Shown piece after piece: positions 1-11,217 of a DNA stretch of 64,000 nucleotides. The notes below the pieces were generated by a model. That model saw nothing but the letters and a program-made list of their open reading frames with translations. It was not told the origin of the DNA and made no database searches. Positions within the stretch are counted from its first letter, which is position 1. The number at the start of each line of letters is the position of its first letter. This DNA is from an uncultured Thermoleophilia bacterium. GTDB lineage: Bacteria; Actinomycetota; Thermoleophilia; Miltoncostaeales; Miltoncostaeaceae. The position numbers and the translations under genes were made by a program. The stretch covers positions 1,296,930 through 1,360,929 of the forward strand of contig CAWAQS010000006.1 of NCBI GenBank assembly GCA_963784365.1. Reading direction: 5' to 3'.

Positions 1-1563
1 GCGCTCGCCGCCACCGCGTTCCGCGACGAGCCCTTCGACGCCCCCTACGCGGACGTCGCCCGCCCCCTGCCGACGCTGCCGGGTCCCGCCGAGGCCGCCC
101 TCAGCATCCTCGGCCTGGGCTCGCTGCTCGCGGCGGTGGTGCTGGGGGCCGTCGTCGGTGATCGTGCGCTTCCGCCGCTCGAGCGGCGTCGAGCGGATCC
201 AGATCAAGTGGCTCGCCGCCGCGGCGATCCTCCTGCCGGTCGCCCTCGTCGCGGGGATCATCGAGGGGGCGTTCGTCGAGGGGACGGGCCCGGTCACCAC
301 GGTCACGTTCCTCGCCGCGTACCTGGCGTTGGTCGGCGCGGTGGCGCTCGCCATGCTCCGCCACGGGCTCTACGACGTCGACCGGGTCATCAGCCGGACG
401 ATCGCGTGGCTCGCCCTGTCGGTCGCTGCTGGTGGCCGGGGTCGTGGCCGTCGCGCTGGTCGATCGCGGTGCCCCTGGGGGGCGGCTCGATCGCCGGCGC
501 CGCGATCGCCGGGGTCGCCGCGGCGCTCGCCTTCGACCCCCTGCGCCGACGCCTGCAGCGGATCGTCGACCGCCGCTTCGACCGGGACCGCAGCCGGGCC
601 GTGGGCCGGGTGGAGGCGTTCACCGCCCGCCTGCGCGACGGCACCGCGGAGCCGGAGGGCATCGAGCGGGTCCTGCGCGAGGCGCTCGGGGATCCGTACC
701 TGCGGCTGCTCGTCTGGCTCCCGGAGCACGGCGATCCACGCCGACGTGACGGGGACGGTGCGGCCGACGCCCGGCGCCCGCGGGCGACCGCACGGTGACC
801 GCGGTCGGCCGCGGCGCCGCGCCGCTCGGGCTGATCGTCCACGCCGAGCGCCTCCTGGCCCGGCCCGGGCTCCTGGCCGACGTGGTCCGGGCCGCCGCCC
901 TGCCCGTCGAGGTGGTGCGGCTGCGCTGCGAGCTGCGCCGCCGGCTCGACGAGGTGGAGGAGAGCCGCGCGCGCATCGTCCGGGCCGGCTACGAGGAGCG
1001 CCGCCGGCTCGAGCGGGACCTCCACGACGGCGCGCAGCAGCGGCTCGTGGCCCTGGGCATGGCGCTGCGCCGGGTCCAGCGCCGGCCCGGGCGCCGACCC
1101 CGAGGTGGTCCGCGCCCTCGACGGCGCCGTGGACGAGCTGGCGGAGGCCGTCGCCGGGCTGCGCGAGATCGCCCGCGGCCTGCGGCCGAGCGCGCTGGAC
1201 GCCGGGCTGGGGCCCGCGCTGGCCGACCTCGCCCGCCGCAGCCCGCTGCCGGTCGACCTCGACGGGCCCCCCGACGGCCTGCCGCCCGAGATCGAGACCG
1301 CCGCCTACTACGTCGTCTGCGAGGGCGTCGCCAACGCGGTCAAGCACGCGCTCGCCACCCGGGTCGACGTGCGCGCCCGCCGCGGCGAGGGGGGGCTGCT
1401 GCTGACCGTGAGCGACGACGGGCGGGGCGGGGCGGCGGCCGTCACGGGCGGCGGACTGTCCGGCCTCGCCGACCGGGTCGCCGCCCACGGGGGCGACTTC
1501 CGGGTGGACAGCCCGCCCGGCGCCGGCACCCGTCTGGAGGTGGTGCTCCCGTGCGGATCGTGA
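1..1563 (+). CDS. Sensor histidine kinase (N-terminal membrane sensor, HisKA_3 dimerisation domain, HATPase_c); 5' partial and interrupted by several frameshifts
   Basis: Translation pieces in three frames: TM-rich N-terminus (…IQIKWLAAAAILLPVALVAG…), H-box 'ERDLHDGAQQRLVALGMAL' (HisKA_3), and the ATPase part '…YYVVCEGVANAVKHA…LTVSDDGRGG…'. The frame jumps near 440, 795 and 1100. Confidence 0.7.
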
Positions 1564-2221
1564 TCGGCGAGGACTCGGCCCTCTTCCGCGAGGGGCTCGT
1601 CCTCCTGCTGCGCGACGCGGGGCACGAGGTGGTGGCGGCCGTCGGCGACGCGCCCGTCGCTGGTGGAGGCCGTCGCGCGCGAGCGCCCCGACCTCGCCGT
1701 CGTCGACATCCGCATGCCGCCCGGCAACGACGACGACGGGGCGCGGGCCGCCGCGCGAGATCCGCCGCGCGCGGCCCGCGGTCCCGGTGATGCTGCTCTC
1801 CCAGCACGTCGAGACCCGCCACGCGCTCGACCTGGTCGCCGAGGGCGGCTTCGGCTACCTCCTCAAGGACCGCGTGCTCGACGTGGACGACTTCCTCGAC
1901 GCGCTCGTGCGGGTCGCCGGGCGGCGGGTCGGCCCTCGACCCCGAGGTGGTGGCGGCCCTGGTCACGGGCCGCCGCGACGATCCGCTCGCGGCGCTGAGC
2001 CCGCGCGAGCGCGAGGTCCTCGGCGCTGATGGCCGAGGGACGCACCAACGCGGGCATCGCCCGGCGCCTGTGGCTCACCGACCGCACCGTCGAGACCCAC
2101 GTGCGCAGCATCCTGGGCAAGCTCGGGCCTGCCGGCCTCCGACGAGGACCACCGCCGCGTGCTGGCCGTCCTCGCCCATCTGCGCGCCGACGCCGGGCCC
2201 GGACTCCGCGCCACCACGTAG
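1551..2221 (+). CDS. NarL/FixJ-family response regulator (REC + LuxR-type HTH), frameshifted
   Basis: GTG at 1551 overlaps the kinase stop. 'VRIVIGEDSALFREGLVLLLRDAGHEVV…PDLAVVDIRMPP' is a REC domain. The C-terminus 'LSPREREVL…AEGRTNAGIARRLWLTDRTVETHVRSILGKLG' is a LuxR HTH. At least three frame changes are needed. Confidence 0.7.
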
Positions 2222-2310
2222 GCCGGTCCCGCGCCCGCCACGATGGCGCGCGCGGGCCGGGCGCGGGGAGGATCGCTCCGACGGTTGACCACCACCACCT
2301 CGGAGGACCG

Positions 2311-2613
2311 ATGACCACCGGAACGCACCAGATCGACGTCTCCCCGGCGCGCCGCTTCGGCGCACCCCAGCTCGCGCTCGTCCTCGCGATCGTCTCGCTG
2401 CCCGGGAGCCTCCTCCCCTGGGACTGGTTCACCGGCGGGGGCCTCGTGATCGGCGTCCCCCTCGCGCTCGCGGCACTGGTGATCGGGCTCCGCGCGCGGC
2501 GCGACCCCGCCGCCACCGCGGGCGGTCGCGCGATGGGCACGGCCGCCGTCGCGATCGCGGTCGCCGTGCTGCTGATCCCGGTGGTCTGGATCATCGCCTC
2601 CGCTCTGGGGTAG
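2311..2613 (+). CDS. Small two-TM membrane protein (hypothetical)
   Basis: Intact 100-aa ORF with a good SD (GGAGGA) 4 nt upstream of the ATG. It has two hydrophobic helices (LALVLAIVSLPGSLL…, AAVAIAVAVLLIPVVWIIASA). Confidence 0.5.
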   Translation: MTTGTHQIDVSPARRFGAPQLALVLAIVSLPGSLLPWDWFTGGGLVIGVPLALAALVIGLRARRDPAATAGGRAMGTAAVAIAVAVLLIPVVWIIASALG

Positions 2614-2651
2614 GGGCCGGCGGGGACGCCGGGACGGCGATACTGCCGTGC

Positions 2652-3906
2652 GTGATCCCGGTCCCCGAGGTTCTGCGCGTCCGCGAGTTCCGCGACGTCT
2701 GGCTCGCCAGCCTGGCGTCCAACGCCGGCTCGTGGCTGCAGATCGTGGCCAGCGGCTGGCTCATCCTGAAGGCCACCGACAGCCCGGCGGCCGTGGGTGC
2801 GCTGGCCCTGGTCACGCGGGCGCCGGCGATCCTGCTCGCGGCCTACGCCGGCCAGATCGCCGACCGCTTCGACCGCCGCCTGGTCGGCATCTGGACCTTC
2901 CTCCTGCAGGGGGTCGCGGCGGGGCTGCTGGCCGCGATCACGTGGATCGACGGGGTGAACGTCCCGGCGATCTACATCCTCACGTTCGTGGTCGGCGTCG
3001 GCTTCGCCCTCGGCCTGCCGGCCATGCTCGCGCTGATCCCGTCGCTCGTGCCGCGTCCGCGGCTCTCGCAGGCGGTCAGCCTCAACGCCGCCGGCATCAA
3101 CGTCGCCCGCCTGCTGGGGCCGGCGATCGGCGGCGTCACGCTCGCCCTCTTCGGCGCCACGGTCTGCTTCGCGGTCAACGCGGTCTCGTTCCTCGCGCTG
3201 GTCTGGGTGCTGCTGCGCCTGGCGCCGCGCCCGCCGGCGCGGGCGGGCGGCGACCGCCACCGCATGCGCGAGGCCTTCGCGTACGCCCGCCGCGACCCGG
3301 CGATGCGCCGGCTGCTGTTCGGCATGGCCCTCTTCACGGCCCTCGCCTCGCCGATCCAGGAGCTGGCGCCGGTGGTCGCCGACCGCCTCGACGCCGGGGC
3401 CGGCGGCCTCGGGCCTGCTCCTCGGCGCCATGGGCGGCGGCGCGCTGGTCGGCGCCTGGCTGCTGGAGCGGCTCCAGGCCTCCGGCCTGCAGCGCCACCG
3501 GGCCCTGCCGATCGCGACCCTCACCTTCTCGGCGGGGCTGGCCGTGGTGGCCCTGACCCCGTGGTTCGCGATCGGCATGCTCGGGATGGCGTTCAGCGGG
3601 GTGTTCTGGATCTGGATGTTCGCGGCCACCAACACCGCCATCCAGCTCCTGGCCCCCGCCCCGCTCCTCGGGCGGCTGCTCGGCCTCTACCAGCTCTCGG
3701 TGATCGGCCCCATCGCCGCGGGCTCGACCCTGGCCGGGCTCGTCGCCGAGCGCGTCGGCATCGAGGCGACCCTCGCCGGCTGCGCGGTGCTGCTGGCGCT
3801 CTGGGGGGCCTGGAGCCTGCGCAACGACGTGCCCGCGATCGACTCAGTCCGCGAAGCCGGCGACCGCGTCGACAATGCGCGCGGAGAGGCGGCCCTCGAC
3901 CTGTAG
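2652..3906 (+). CDS. MFS transporter (12-TM, MFS_3/enterobactin-exporter-like), one frameshift near 3410
   Basis: Frames 2652.. and 3430.. join to a typical MFS: 'REFRDVWLASLASNAGSWLQIVASGWLIL…AYAGQIADRFDRR…' and C-terminal TM helices. Confidence 0.75.
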
Positions 3907-4657
3907 GGAGTGCCCGACGCCCGGGATTCGGAGCGTGGCGGTGCGTCGCCGGGCGGCGTCGCGGGCCGTCTTCAGGAGGGCCATGTCGGCGATCGGCACG
4001 GTCCGGTCCCTCGCCCCGTGCACGAGCAGCACCGGCTGGCGCGCCGCGGCGGCGTCCGGGCGCGGGTCGCGCTCGAGAGTCGCCGCGGCGACGTCGGGGC
4101 CGATCAGCCGGGAGAGCAGGCGCTCGGGGGTGCCGGCGGCGCGCGGCAGCAGCCCGAGGCGGCGTCCGGGCGCGGCGAGGGTCACCACCCGGGTCGCCGG
4201 CGCCGTGCGCGCGGCCCGGAGGGCCAGGTCGCCCCCCTGGCTGTGGCCGACGAGGGTGACCCGCGCCGTATCGACCCCCGGGAGCGACACCAGCCGCCGG
4301 GTGGCCGCCACCGCGTCGGCCGCGAGCGGGCGGGCGTCGAGCCAGCTGAGGGTCGGGCCCTGGGAGCGGCCGATCCCCCGCTTGTCGTACCGGAGCACCA
4401 CGAGTCCGCGGCGGGCCAGGGACATCGCGAGCTCGCGGTAGGTTCCGACGCCGTCCCCGCCCCCGCCGCCGTCGCGGCCCTGGGGTCCGAAGCCCCCCGA
4501 CGATCACGGCCGCCGGGTGCGGGCCCGGCCCGGGCGGGACGGTCACCGTGCCCGACAGTGTCAGGCCGCCGGTGGTCGGGATCGTCACCGGGCGCTCGAC
4601 CGGCCCGCTGGCGGGGGCGGTCGCCAGGAGGACCGCGCTGAGCAGGGCCGAGAGCAT
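3844..4657 (-). CDS. Secreted alpha/beta hydrolase (dienelactone-hydrolase/S9-like), frameshift near 4450
   Basis: N-terminus with signal peptide 'MLSALLSAVLLATAPASGP…' (frame of 3593..4657). It continues in the frame of 3844..4425: 'VVLRYDKRGIGRSQG…TLVGHSQGG…LLVHGARDRTVP…GVGHSL' (nucleophile elbow GHSQG, catalytic His). Confidence 0.65.
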
Positions 4658-4764
4658 CCGACGAGGCTAGTCGCGCCATGTTCGGATTCGGCAAAGCGCC
4701 GGTTCAGGGCGGGTCCTGACCGCCGCCGCCGCGCCGCCGCCGGGCCAGCGGCTATCCTGCCCGG

Positions 4765-5868
4765 GTGGACGAGGTCCTGCTCGCCGAGCGGCTGATCGCC
4801 TACGACACGTCACGCCGCGCCGGGATCAGCCAGGCCACCGACTTCGTCGCGGGGTGGCTGGAGGCCCGGGGGGCGACGGTGCGCCGCGTGGAGACGGGCG
4901 GTCGCCGCAGCCTCGTGGCGCGTGTCGGATCCGGTCCCGTGCGGCTCATCTATCACGGGCACATCGATGTCGTTCCGGGTCACCCGGAGCAGTTCACCCC
5001 GCGCGTGGACGGGGGGCGGCTCTTCGGGCGCGGCGCCTACGACATGAAGGCCGCGCTGGCCGCGATGATGCTCGCCGTGGCGGATCTCTCGACCGGTCTC
5101 GCCGGCGTGCAGGTCGAGCTGGTCGTCGTCCCGGACGAGGAACGTTCGGAGCCGGGGGAGAACTGTACCCAGATGATGGTCCACGACGGTCTCACCGCCG
5201 ACTTCGTCGTCTGCGGCGAGCCCACCGACATGCAGGTCGGGGTGCAGGCGAAGGGGGTGCTGATGCTGAGGATCGACGTCGCCGGAACCGCCGCGCACGG
5301 CGCCACGCCGTGGTTGGGGGACAATGCGGTCCTGCGTGCCGTCGACCTCTTCCGAAGCATCTCCCGGCTGCCCTTCGCCTCCGAGTCCGCCCCGCTGTTC
5401 GACCGGCCGTCGATCAACCTCGGGCGGATCCAGGGCGGCGACGCGGTCAACAAGGTGCCCGACGCCTGCCGGATGGACGTCGACCTCCGCTACCTGCCGA
5501 CCCAGTCTCCGGACGAGGTCCTGCGCCAGGTGAGCTCGCTCGACTCCCGCGCCACGGTCGAGGTGCTCCTCGAGCTCCGCCCGGCCGACGTCTCGCCGGA
5601 CCACCTCTTCGTCCAGACCCTGCTCGGGGCGGCGGGGCGCTACGAGCCGTCCACCACCTCGGTGGGCCGCGACGGGGCCTCGGACGCCGTGGCCTTCCTG
5701 GACGCGGGCGTCCCCGCGGTCGAGTTCGGCCCCCGCGGCGCCGGACACCACGGTCCCGACGAGCACGTCGAGATCGAGAGCCTGCCCCGCTACCGGCGCG
5801 CGCTGACCGACTTCGCGCGCATGGTGGCCGAGCTCCCCGCCCCCGCCGCCGAGAGCGCGTCCGCGTGA
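4765..5868 (+). CDS. M20 family metallopeptidase (ArgE/DapE/CPG2-type deacylase)
   Basis: Intact ORF with 'LIYHGHIDVVP…', 'GAYDMKAALAAMM' and 'GEPTD' motifs typical of M20 di-zinc hydrolases. Confidence 0.8.
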   Translation: MDEVLLAERLIAYDTSRRAGISQATDFVAGWLEARGATVRRVETGGRRSLVARVGSGPVRLIYHGHIDVVPGHPEQFTPRVDGGRLFGRGAYDMKAALAAMMLAVADLSTGLAGVQVELVVVPDEERSEPGENCTQMMVHDGLTADFVVCGEPTDMQVGVQAKGVLMLRIDVAGTAAHGATPWLGDNAVLRAVDLFRSISRLPFASESAPLFDRPSINLGRIQGGDAVNKVPDACRMDVDLRYLPTQSPDEVLRQVSSLDSRATVEVLLELRPADVSPDHLFVQTLLGAAGRYEPSTTSVGRDGASDAVAFLDAGVPAVEFGPRGAGHHGPDEHVEIESLPRYRRALTDFARMVAELPAPAAESASA

Positions 5869-7709
5869 ACCCGCCGCCGGAACCGCCGCACCGGGGCGCG
5901 CGCTACTGGCGGGTGCCGCGCCGCCGCCACACCTGGGTGTCCGTGCTGGCGTTCTCCCTCTGGATCCTCGTGGGCCTCGTCGTGTCGGTGCTGCTCGGCG
6001 GCTACATCTACCTCGACAACGCACTCGAGGCGTCGGCTCCCGACACCCCCGAGGCCAAGGCGGCCCGCGCCGCAACGCGCCCGGTGCTCCCCGGCCGGCC
6101 GGCGAACATCCTGCTGATCGGGTCCGACACCCGTCCGCAGCTCGGCGATCCGGGCCGCAGCGACTCGCTCATCCTGGTGCGGATGGACCCCAAGCACGAC
6201 TTCATCTCGATGCTCTCCTTCCCCCGCGACCTCTACGTGCCGATCCCGGGGTTGGGGATGGACAAGATCAACGCGGCCTACTCGCAGGGGCCGGCCAAGA
6301 CCATCGAGACGGTCCGGGAGCTGACGGGCGAGGACGTCAACGACTACGTGATCATCGACTTCGCCGGCTTCGCGAAGCTGGTCGACGCGGTGGGCGGCGT
6401 CTACCTCGACATCGATCGCCGCTACTACAACCTGAACGACGGCACGGCGGCGCGGAACTACGCGAACATCGACCTGCAGCCCGGGTACCAGAAGCTCAAC
6501 GGCGCCGACGCGCTCTCCTACGTGCGCTACCGCCACACCGACTCGGACTACGACCGGATCGCGCGCCAGCAGCAGTTCCTGTCGGAGCTCAAGCGCCAGA
6601 CCAAGCAGCTCGGCAACCTCACCAACATCACCAGCTTCCGCAAGATCTACGGCAAGAACATCGAGACCAGCATCACCAACGTGCCGCGCTTCCTGTCGCT
6701 GCTCGAGCTGGCGCTCACCGTGCCGAAGGACCGCATCGCGCGCGTCGCGATCCAGGGCCACTCGGACATGATCAACGGGGCCTCGGTGGAGCTCGCGGCC
6801 GACGGCGAGATCGCCACGAAGGTCGCCGAGTGGAAGGACCCGGAGTTCGAGCAGGGCCAGTCCGCCGCGGCCAAGCCGATCGACCCCTCGGCGGTCGACG
6901 TCACGGTCTACAACGGCAGCGGCCGCGCGCTGGGCGCCGAGGACGTGGCCCAGGCCCTCAGCGAGAAGCGCTACCGCGCCTCGGTGGGCGGCAACGCGCC
7001 CGACTTCGGCTACACCTCGAGCGCGGTCTTCTACGCCCCCGGCTTCCGCGACCCGGCCCGGAGGATCGCCGCGCTGCTCGGGCCGACCACCAGCGTCGCG
7101 GCCCTCGACAAGTCCGACGCGCGCGGCAACGAGGTGGTCGTGATCTCCGGCGCCAACTTCACCGGCACGCTCGCGACCCCGCCCAAGGCCGCCACGCGGC
7201 CGCCGGCGGACACGGTTGACACGGCCGGCGTCGTCCCCGCGATGCGCGAAATTCAGCGGTCCGCCGGATTCCCGATGATGGCTCCGCTCAAGGTTGCCCG
7301 TGGTTCGGCCGTAAAGATCGTACGCGCCGACAAGGTCGTGAAGAACGGCGGCGCGGGCAGCCCCCGAATGGTGAAGGTCGTCTTCAACGTGAATCCGGGG
7401 GGCGTCGCGAGATACTGGGCGATAACCATGACGAACATGAAAAACCCCCCGATCGTGGGGGGGGAGACCGGCTCGTACGAGTCGGGTGGCCGCCGCTACC
7501 TGACGTACTATGACGGTCGCAACCTCCAGCGACTGGCCTTCCAGCGGGACGGGGTCTGGTACTGGGTCTCGAACACGCTGAAGAACGACCTCAGCGCCAA
7601 GACGATCGAGGAGATCGCCAAGTCGATGCGTCCGCTGAACCGCGCCAAGCTGGCCAAGGGAGCGACCAACACGCCGATCTCGGTCGAGACCGCGGGGTCG
7701 ACGCCGTGA
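5865..7709 (+). CDS. LytR-CpsA-Psr (LCP) family cell-envelope phosphotransferase with extended C-terminal domain
   Basis: N-terminal TM, then the LCP core 'ILLIGSDTR…RSDSLILVRMDP…ISMLSFPRDLYVPIPG…DKINAAYS…'. The start GTG overlaps the stop of the upstream gene. Confidence 0.85.
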   Translation: MNPPPEPPHRGARYWRVPRRRHTWVSVLAFSLWILVGLVVSVLLGGYIYLDNALEASAPDTPEAKAARAATRPVLPGRPANILLIGSDTRPQLGDPGRSDSLILVRMDPKHDFISMLSFPRDLYVPIPGLGMDKINAAYSQGPAKTIETVRELTGEDVNDYVIIDFAGFAKLVDAVGGVYLDIDRRYYNLNDGTAARNYANIDLQPGYQKLNGADALSYVRYRHTDSDYDRIARQQQFLSELKRQTKQLGNLTNITSFRKIYGKNIETSITNVPRFLSLLELALTVPKDRIARVAIQGHSDMINGASVELAADGEIATKVAEWKDPEFEQGQSAAAKPIDPSAVDVTVYNGSGRALGAEDVAQALSEKRYRASVGGNAPDFGYTSSAVFYAPGFRDPARRIAALLGPTTSVAALDKSDARGNEVVVISGANFTGTLATPPKAATRPPADTVDTAGVVPAMREIQRSAGFPMMAPLKVARGSAVKIVRADKVVKNGGAGSPRMVKVVFNVNPGGVARYWAITMTNMKNPPIVGGETGSYESGGRRYLTYYDGRNLQRLAFQRDGVWYWVSNTLKNDLSAKTIEEIAKSMRPLNRAKLAKGATNTPISVETAGSTP

Positions 7710-9053
7710 GCGAGGACGCGAGCGCCAACGGCGCGCCGCCCGCGCGGGACCGCATCGGCGTCATCGGGGCCGGCTACGTCGGCCTGGTGACCGGCGTCTG
7801 CCTGGCCTCGCATGGGCTACCAGGTGACCCTCCGCGACATCGACGCCTCGAAGGTGGCCGCGCTCAACGACGGCCAGGTGCCGATCTACGAGCCCGGCCT
7901 CGTCGAGCTGATGGCCGAGCACCGCGACCGCCTGACCTACACGCTCTCGCTCGAGCGCATGCTGGACCTCTCCGACATCATCTTCATCGCGGTCGACACG
8001 CCGCCGACCTACTCGGGCGACGCGGACCTCTCGCGGGTGATGGGCGTGGTGGACGAGCTCGAGCAGGTCGGGACCGACGCCAACCACGTCCTGGTGATGA
8101 AGAGCACGGTGCCCGTCGGCACCGGCGAGCGGGTGCGCGCCGAGCTCGACGCGCGCGGCCTGGCCGGCGTGGGCTACTGCTCCAACCCCGAGTTCCTCAA
8201 GGAGGGCGCCGCGATCGCGGACTTCCTCCAGCCCGACCGCGTCGTGATCGGGTCCTTCGACGAGGAGCACGGCGACCGCGTCGCCGCGCTCTACGCGCCC
8301 CTCGGCGCGCCGATCGTGCGCACCACGGTGCCCTCCGCGGAGATGGTCAAGTACGCGTCCAACGCCTTCCTGGCCACCAAGATCAGCTTCATCAACGAGA
8401 TCGCCAACGTCTGCGAGGAGGTCGGCGCCGACGTCCAGGTGGTCGCGAACGGCATGGGCCTCGACTCGCGCATCGGCAGCTCGTTCCTGCGCGCCGGGAT
8501 CGGCTTCGGCGGCAGCTGCTTCCCCAAGGACGTCTCCGCCCTCAAGCAGCTCGCCGGCAACTCCGGCTACCACTTCCAGCTGCTCACCTCGGTCATCGAG
8601 GTCAACGAGCTCCAGAAGCGGCGCGTCATCGGCAAGCTCAAGAAGCACCTGGGCGCGCTGGAGGGCAAGAGCGTCGCCCTGCTCGGGCTGGCCTTCAAGC
8701 CGGAGACCGACGACATGCGCGAGGCGTCGAGCCTGGTGCTGGCCGCCCGCCTGCTGGCCGAGGGGGCCGAGGTCCGCGCCTACGACCCGATCGTCGACAT
8801 CTCGTCGGACCGGCTCAACGGCGTGACCATGTGCGCGAGCGCCGAGGAGGCGATGGCCGACGCCGACGCGGCCGTGCTCGTGACCGAGTGGAGCGCGATC
8901 GTGGGCATCGACTGGGAGGCCCTCCGGCCGACCATGCGCTCCCCCGTCATCATCGACGGCCGCAACGCGCTCGACCCGCTCGCGATGACCCGCCACGGCT
9001 ACGTCTTCGAGGGGATCGGCCGCATCCCGGCGCACGTGGGAGTGACCCGCTGA
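7706..9053 (+). CDS. ugd: UDP-glucose 6-dehydrogenase, single frameshift near 7805
   Basis: 'IGVIGAGYVGLVTGVCLASHG' Rossmann start, then 'GGSCFPKDVSAL' catalytic Cys motif. Full-length match to the UDP-glucose/GDP-mannose dehydrogenase family. Confidence 0.85.
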
Positions 9054-10110
9054 CCCAGGTCGTGCTGCTCGTCGGGGGGACGGGCACCCGCCTGCGCCCC
9101 CTCACCGACACGCGCCCGAAGCCGATGATGCCGCTCGTCGACCGGCCCTTCGTCGCGCACCAGATCGACCTGCTGCGCCGCCACGGGATCGACGACGTGA
9201 TCTTCTCGTGCGGCTACCGCCCCGACGCCCTCGAGGCCCACTTCGGCGACGGCTCGGCGGTCGGCATGCGGGTCCGCTACGTGGTGGACCCCGAGCCGCT
9301 CGGCACCGCCGGCGCGGTCAAGAACGCCGAGCCGCTCCTCGACGGCGCCCCCTTCCTCGTCCTCAACGGCGACATCCTCACCGACCTCGATCTGGGGGCC
9401 TTCGCGGAGGCGCACCGCCGCAGCGGCGGCGCCGGGATCGTGGCCCTGACGCCGGTGGACGACCCGAGCGCCTTCGGCCTGGTGCGCCTGCACCCCGACG
9501 GGTCCGTCGAGGCCTTCGTCGAGAAGCCGCGCCCCGACGAGCTCCGCCCCGGAGAGCCCTTCCGCATCAACGCCGGCACCTACCTGCTCACGGCGGAGGC
9601 GCTCGGGCGCATCCCGGCCGGCCGCGCCTGCTCGATCGAGCGCGAGATCTTCCCCGAGCTGGCCGCCGAGGGGCTGCTCCACGGCCACCCCAGCGACGCC
9701 TACTGGCGCGACATCGGCACTCCGGCCTCGTACCTCGCGGCCAACCACGACGTGCTCCGCGGGGCCCTCGTCACCGCGACCGCCACGGGCGACGTCGTAC
9801 GCCGGCCCGGGCGCGGTCGTCGATCCCGCCGCGGCCGTGGGGGAGCTCTCCAGCCTCGGCGCGGGCGCGTCGGTGGCGGCGGGGGCGACCGTGCGCGGCA
9901 GCGTCATCGGCGCGCGGACGCAGGGTGGGGGAGGGCGCCGAGGTCGTCGATGCCATCCTCGGCGAGGGCGTCACCGTCGGCGCGCGCGCCCGCGTGCTCG
10001 CGGGCGCCGTCGTGGGCGACGGGGCCGCGATCGCCCCCGACGCGCTCGTCAACGCGTCCGCTCCGGTCCCCACGGGCGCCTCCGTGAGCGCCGATCCGGC
10101 GCTCAGGTAG
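9050..10110 (+). CDS. Sugar-1-phosphate nucleotidyltransferase (mannose-1-phosphate guanylyltransferase-like) with C-terminal left-handed beta-helix; frameshifted
   Basis: 'VLLVGGTGTRLRPLTDTRPKPMMP' NTP_transferase signature. The C-terminal hexapeptide repeats are recovered after a frame change near 9800. Confidence 0.75.
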
Positions 10111-10120
10111 CCTTGGCCCG

Positions 10121-11217
10121 GTGAGCGGACTCGACACAGCCGACGCGCTCGAGCCGGGACAGCCTCGGGCTGATCCGCGGCATCGGCGACTCGCTCGCCG
10201 CCTTCGACGAGGCCCGCGCCGCCGCCGAGGCCGTCGAGCTGATCTACCCGCCGTCGGAGATCTCCGACGTGGCGCTCTGCGGCATGGGCGGCTCGGCGAT
10301 CGCCGCCGACCTCGTGCTGGGCGCCTACCGCGAGCGGATCCGCCGCCCGATCAGCGGTGGTCCGCGACTACTTCCTCCCCGGCTGGATCGGCGAGCGCAC
10401 GCTCGTGGTCCTCAGCTCCTACTCGGGGGGCACCGAGGAGACGCTGACCGCCACCTCCCAGGCGCTCGACCGCAACGCGCTCACGGTCGCCATCACCAGC
10501 GGCGGCAAGCTCGGCGGGCACTACCCCACCGAGGAGGGCGTGCCGGTGGTGCCGGTGGCGCCCGGGTACCAGCCGCGCGCCGCCCTCCTGCGGATGCTCA
10601 TCCCCCTGGTGGTCGTCCTCGGCCGCCTCGAGGTGCTCCCGCCGATCGACGACGACCTCGACGAGGCGCGCGAGATCATCGCCACGGCGATCGCGACCCT
10701 CGGCCCCGACGTCCCGGAGTCCGAGAACCCCGCCAAGCAGCTCGCCCGCACCCTGCAGGACACGGTGCCGCTGATCTGGGGCGCCGAGCTCACCACCCCG
10801 GTGGCCGTGCGCTGGAAGGGCCAGTTCAACGAGAACGCCAAGATCCCGGCCTACGCGTCGGCCCTGCCGGAGCTGGACCACAACGAGATCTGCGGCTTCG
10901 CCGGCATGCCGTCCGAGCTCTCGTCGCGCGCCTCCCTGGTGATGCTGCGCGAGCCGCGCCAGCACCGCCAGGTGCAGCGCCGCTTCGACCTCACCCGCGA
11001 GCTGGTCGAGCCGCACGTCAGCCGGGTCGTGTCGATCGCGGCGGACGGCCGCGGCGCGCTGGCGCGCACCCTCGACCTGGTGCTGCTCGGCGACTACGTC
11101 TCGCTCTACCTCGCCCTCCTGCGGGATGTCGATCCCGGCCCGGTGGAGATGATCGAGCGGCTCAAGGGCCGCCTCGCCGAGACGGGCTACGGGAGGGCTC
11201 CCGCCCCCTCGTCGTGA
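10121..11217 (+). CDS. Bifunctional phosphoglucose/phosphomannose isomerase (SIS domain, archaeal-type PGI/PMI), frameshifted
   Basis: 'VALCGMGGSAIAADL', 'LVVLSSYSGGTEETL' and 'AKIPAYASALPELDHNEICGF' are typical of the PGI/PMI family. It is spread over two or three frames. Confidence 0.75.

Noticed and set aside
1863-3641. 592-aa minus-strand ORF
   Set aside because: Antisense to the response regulator and MFS transporter. No recognisable domains; extreme Arg/Gly/Pro composition.
3593-4694. Three overlapping minus-strand ORFs (3593..4657, 3844..4425, 4182..4694)
   Set aside because: Resolved as a single secreted alpha/beta hydrolase read across one frameshift. The extra ORFs are frame continuations, not genes.
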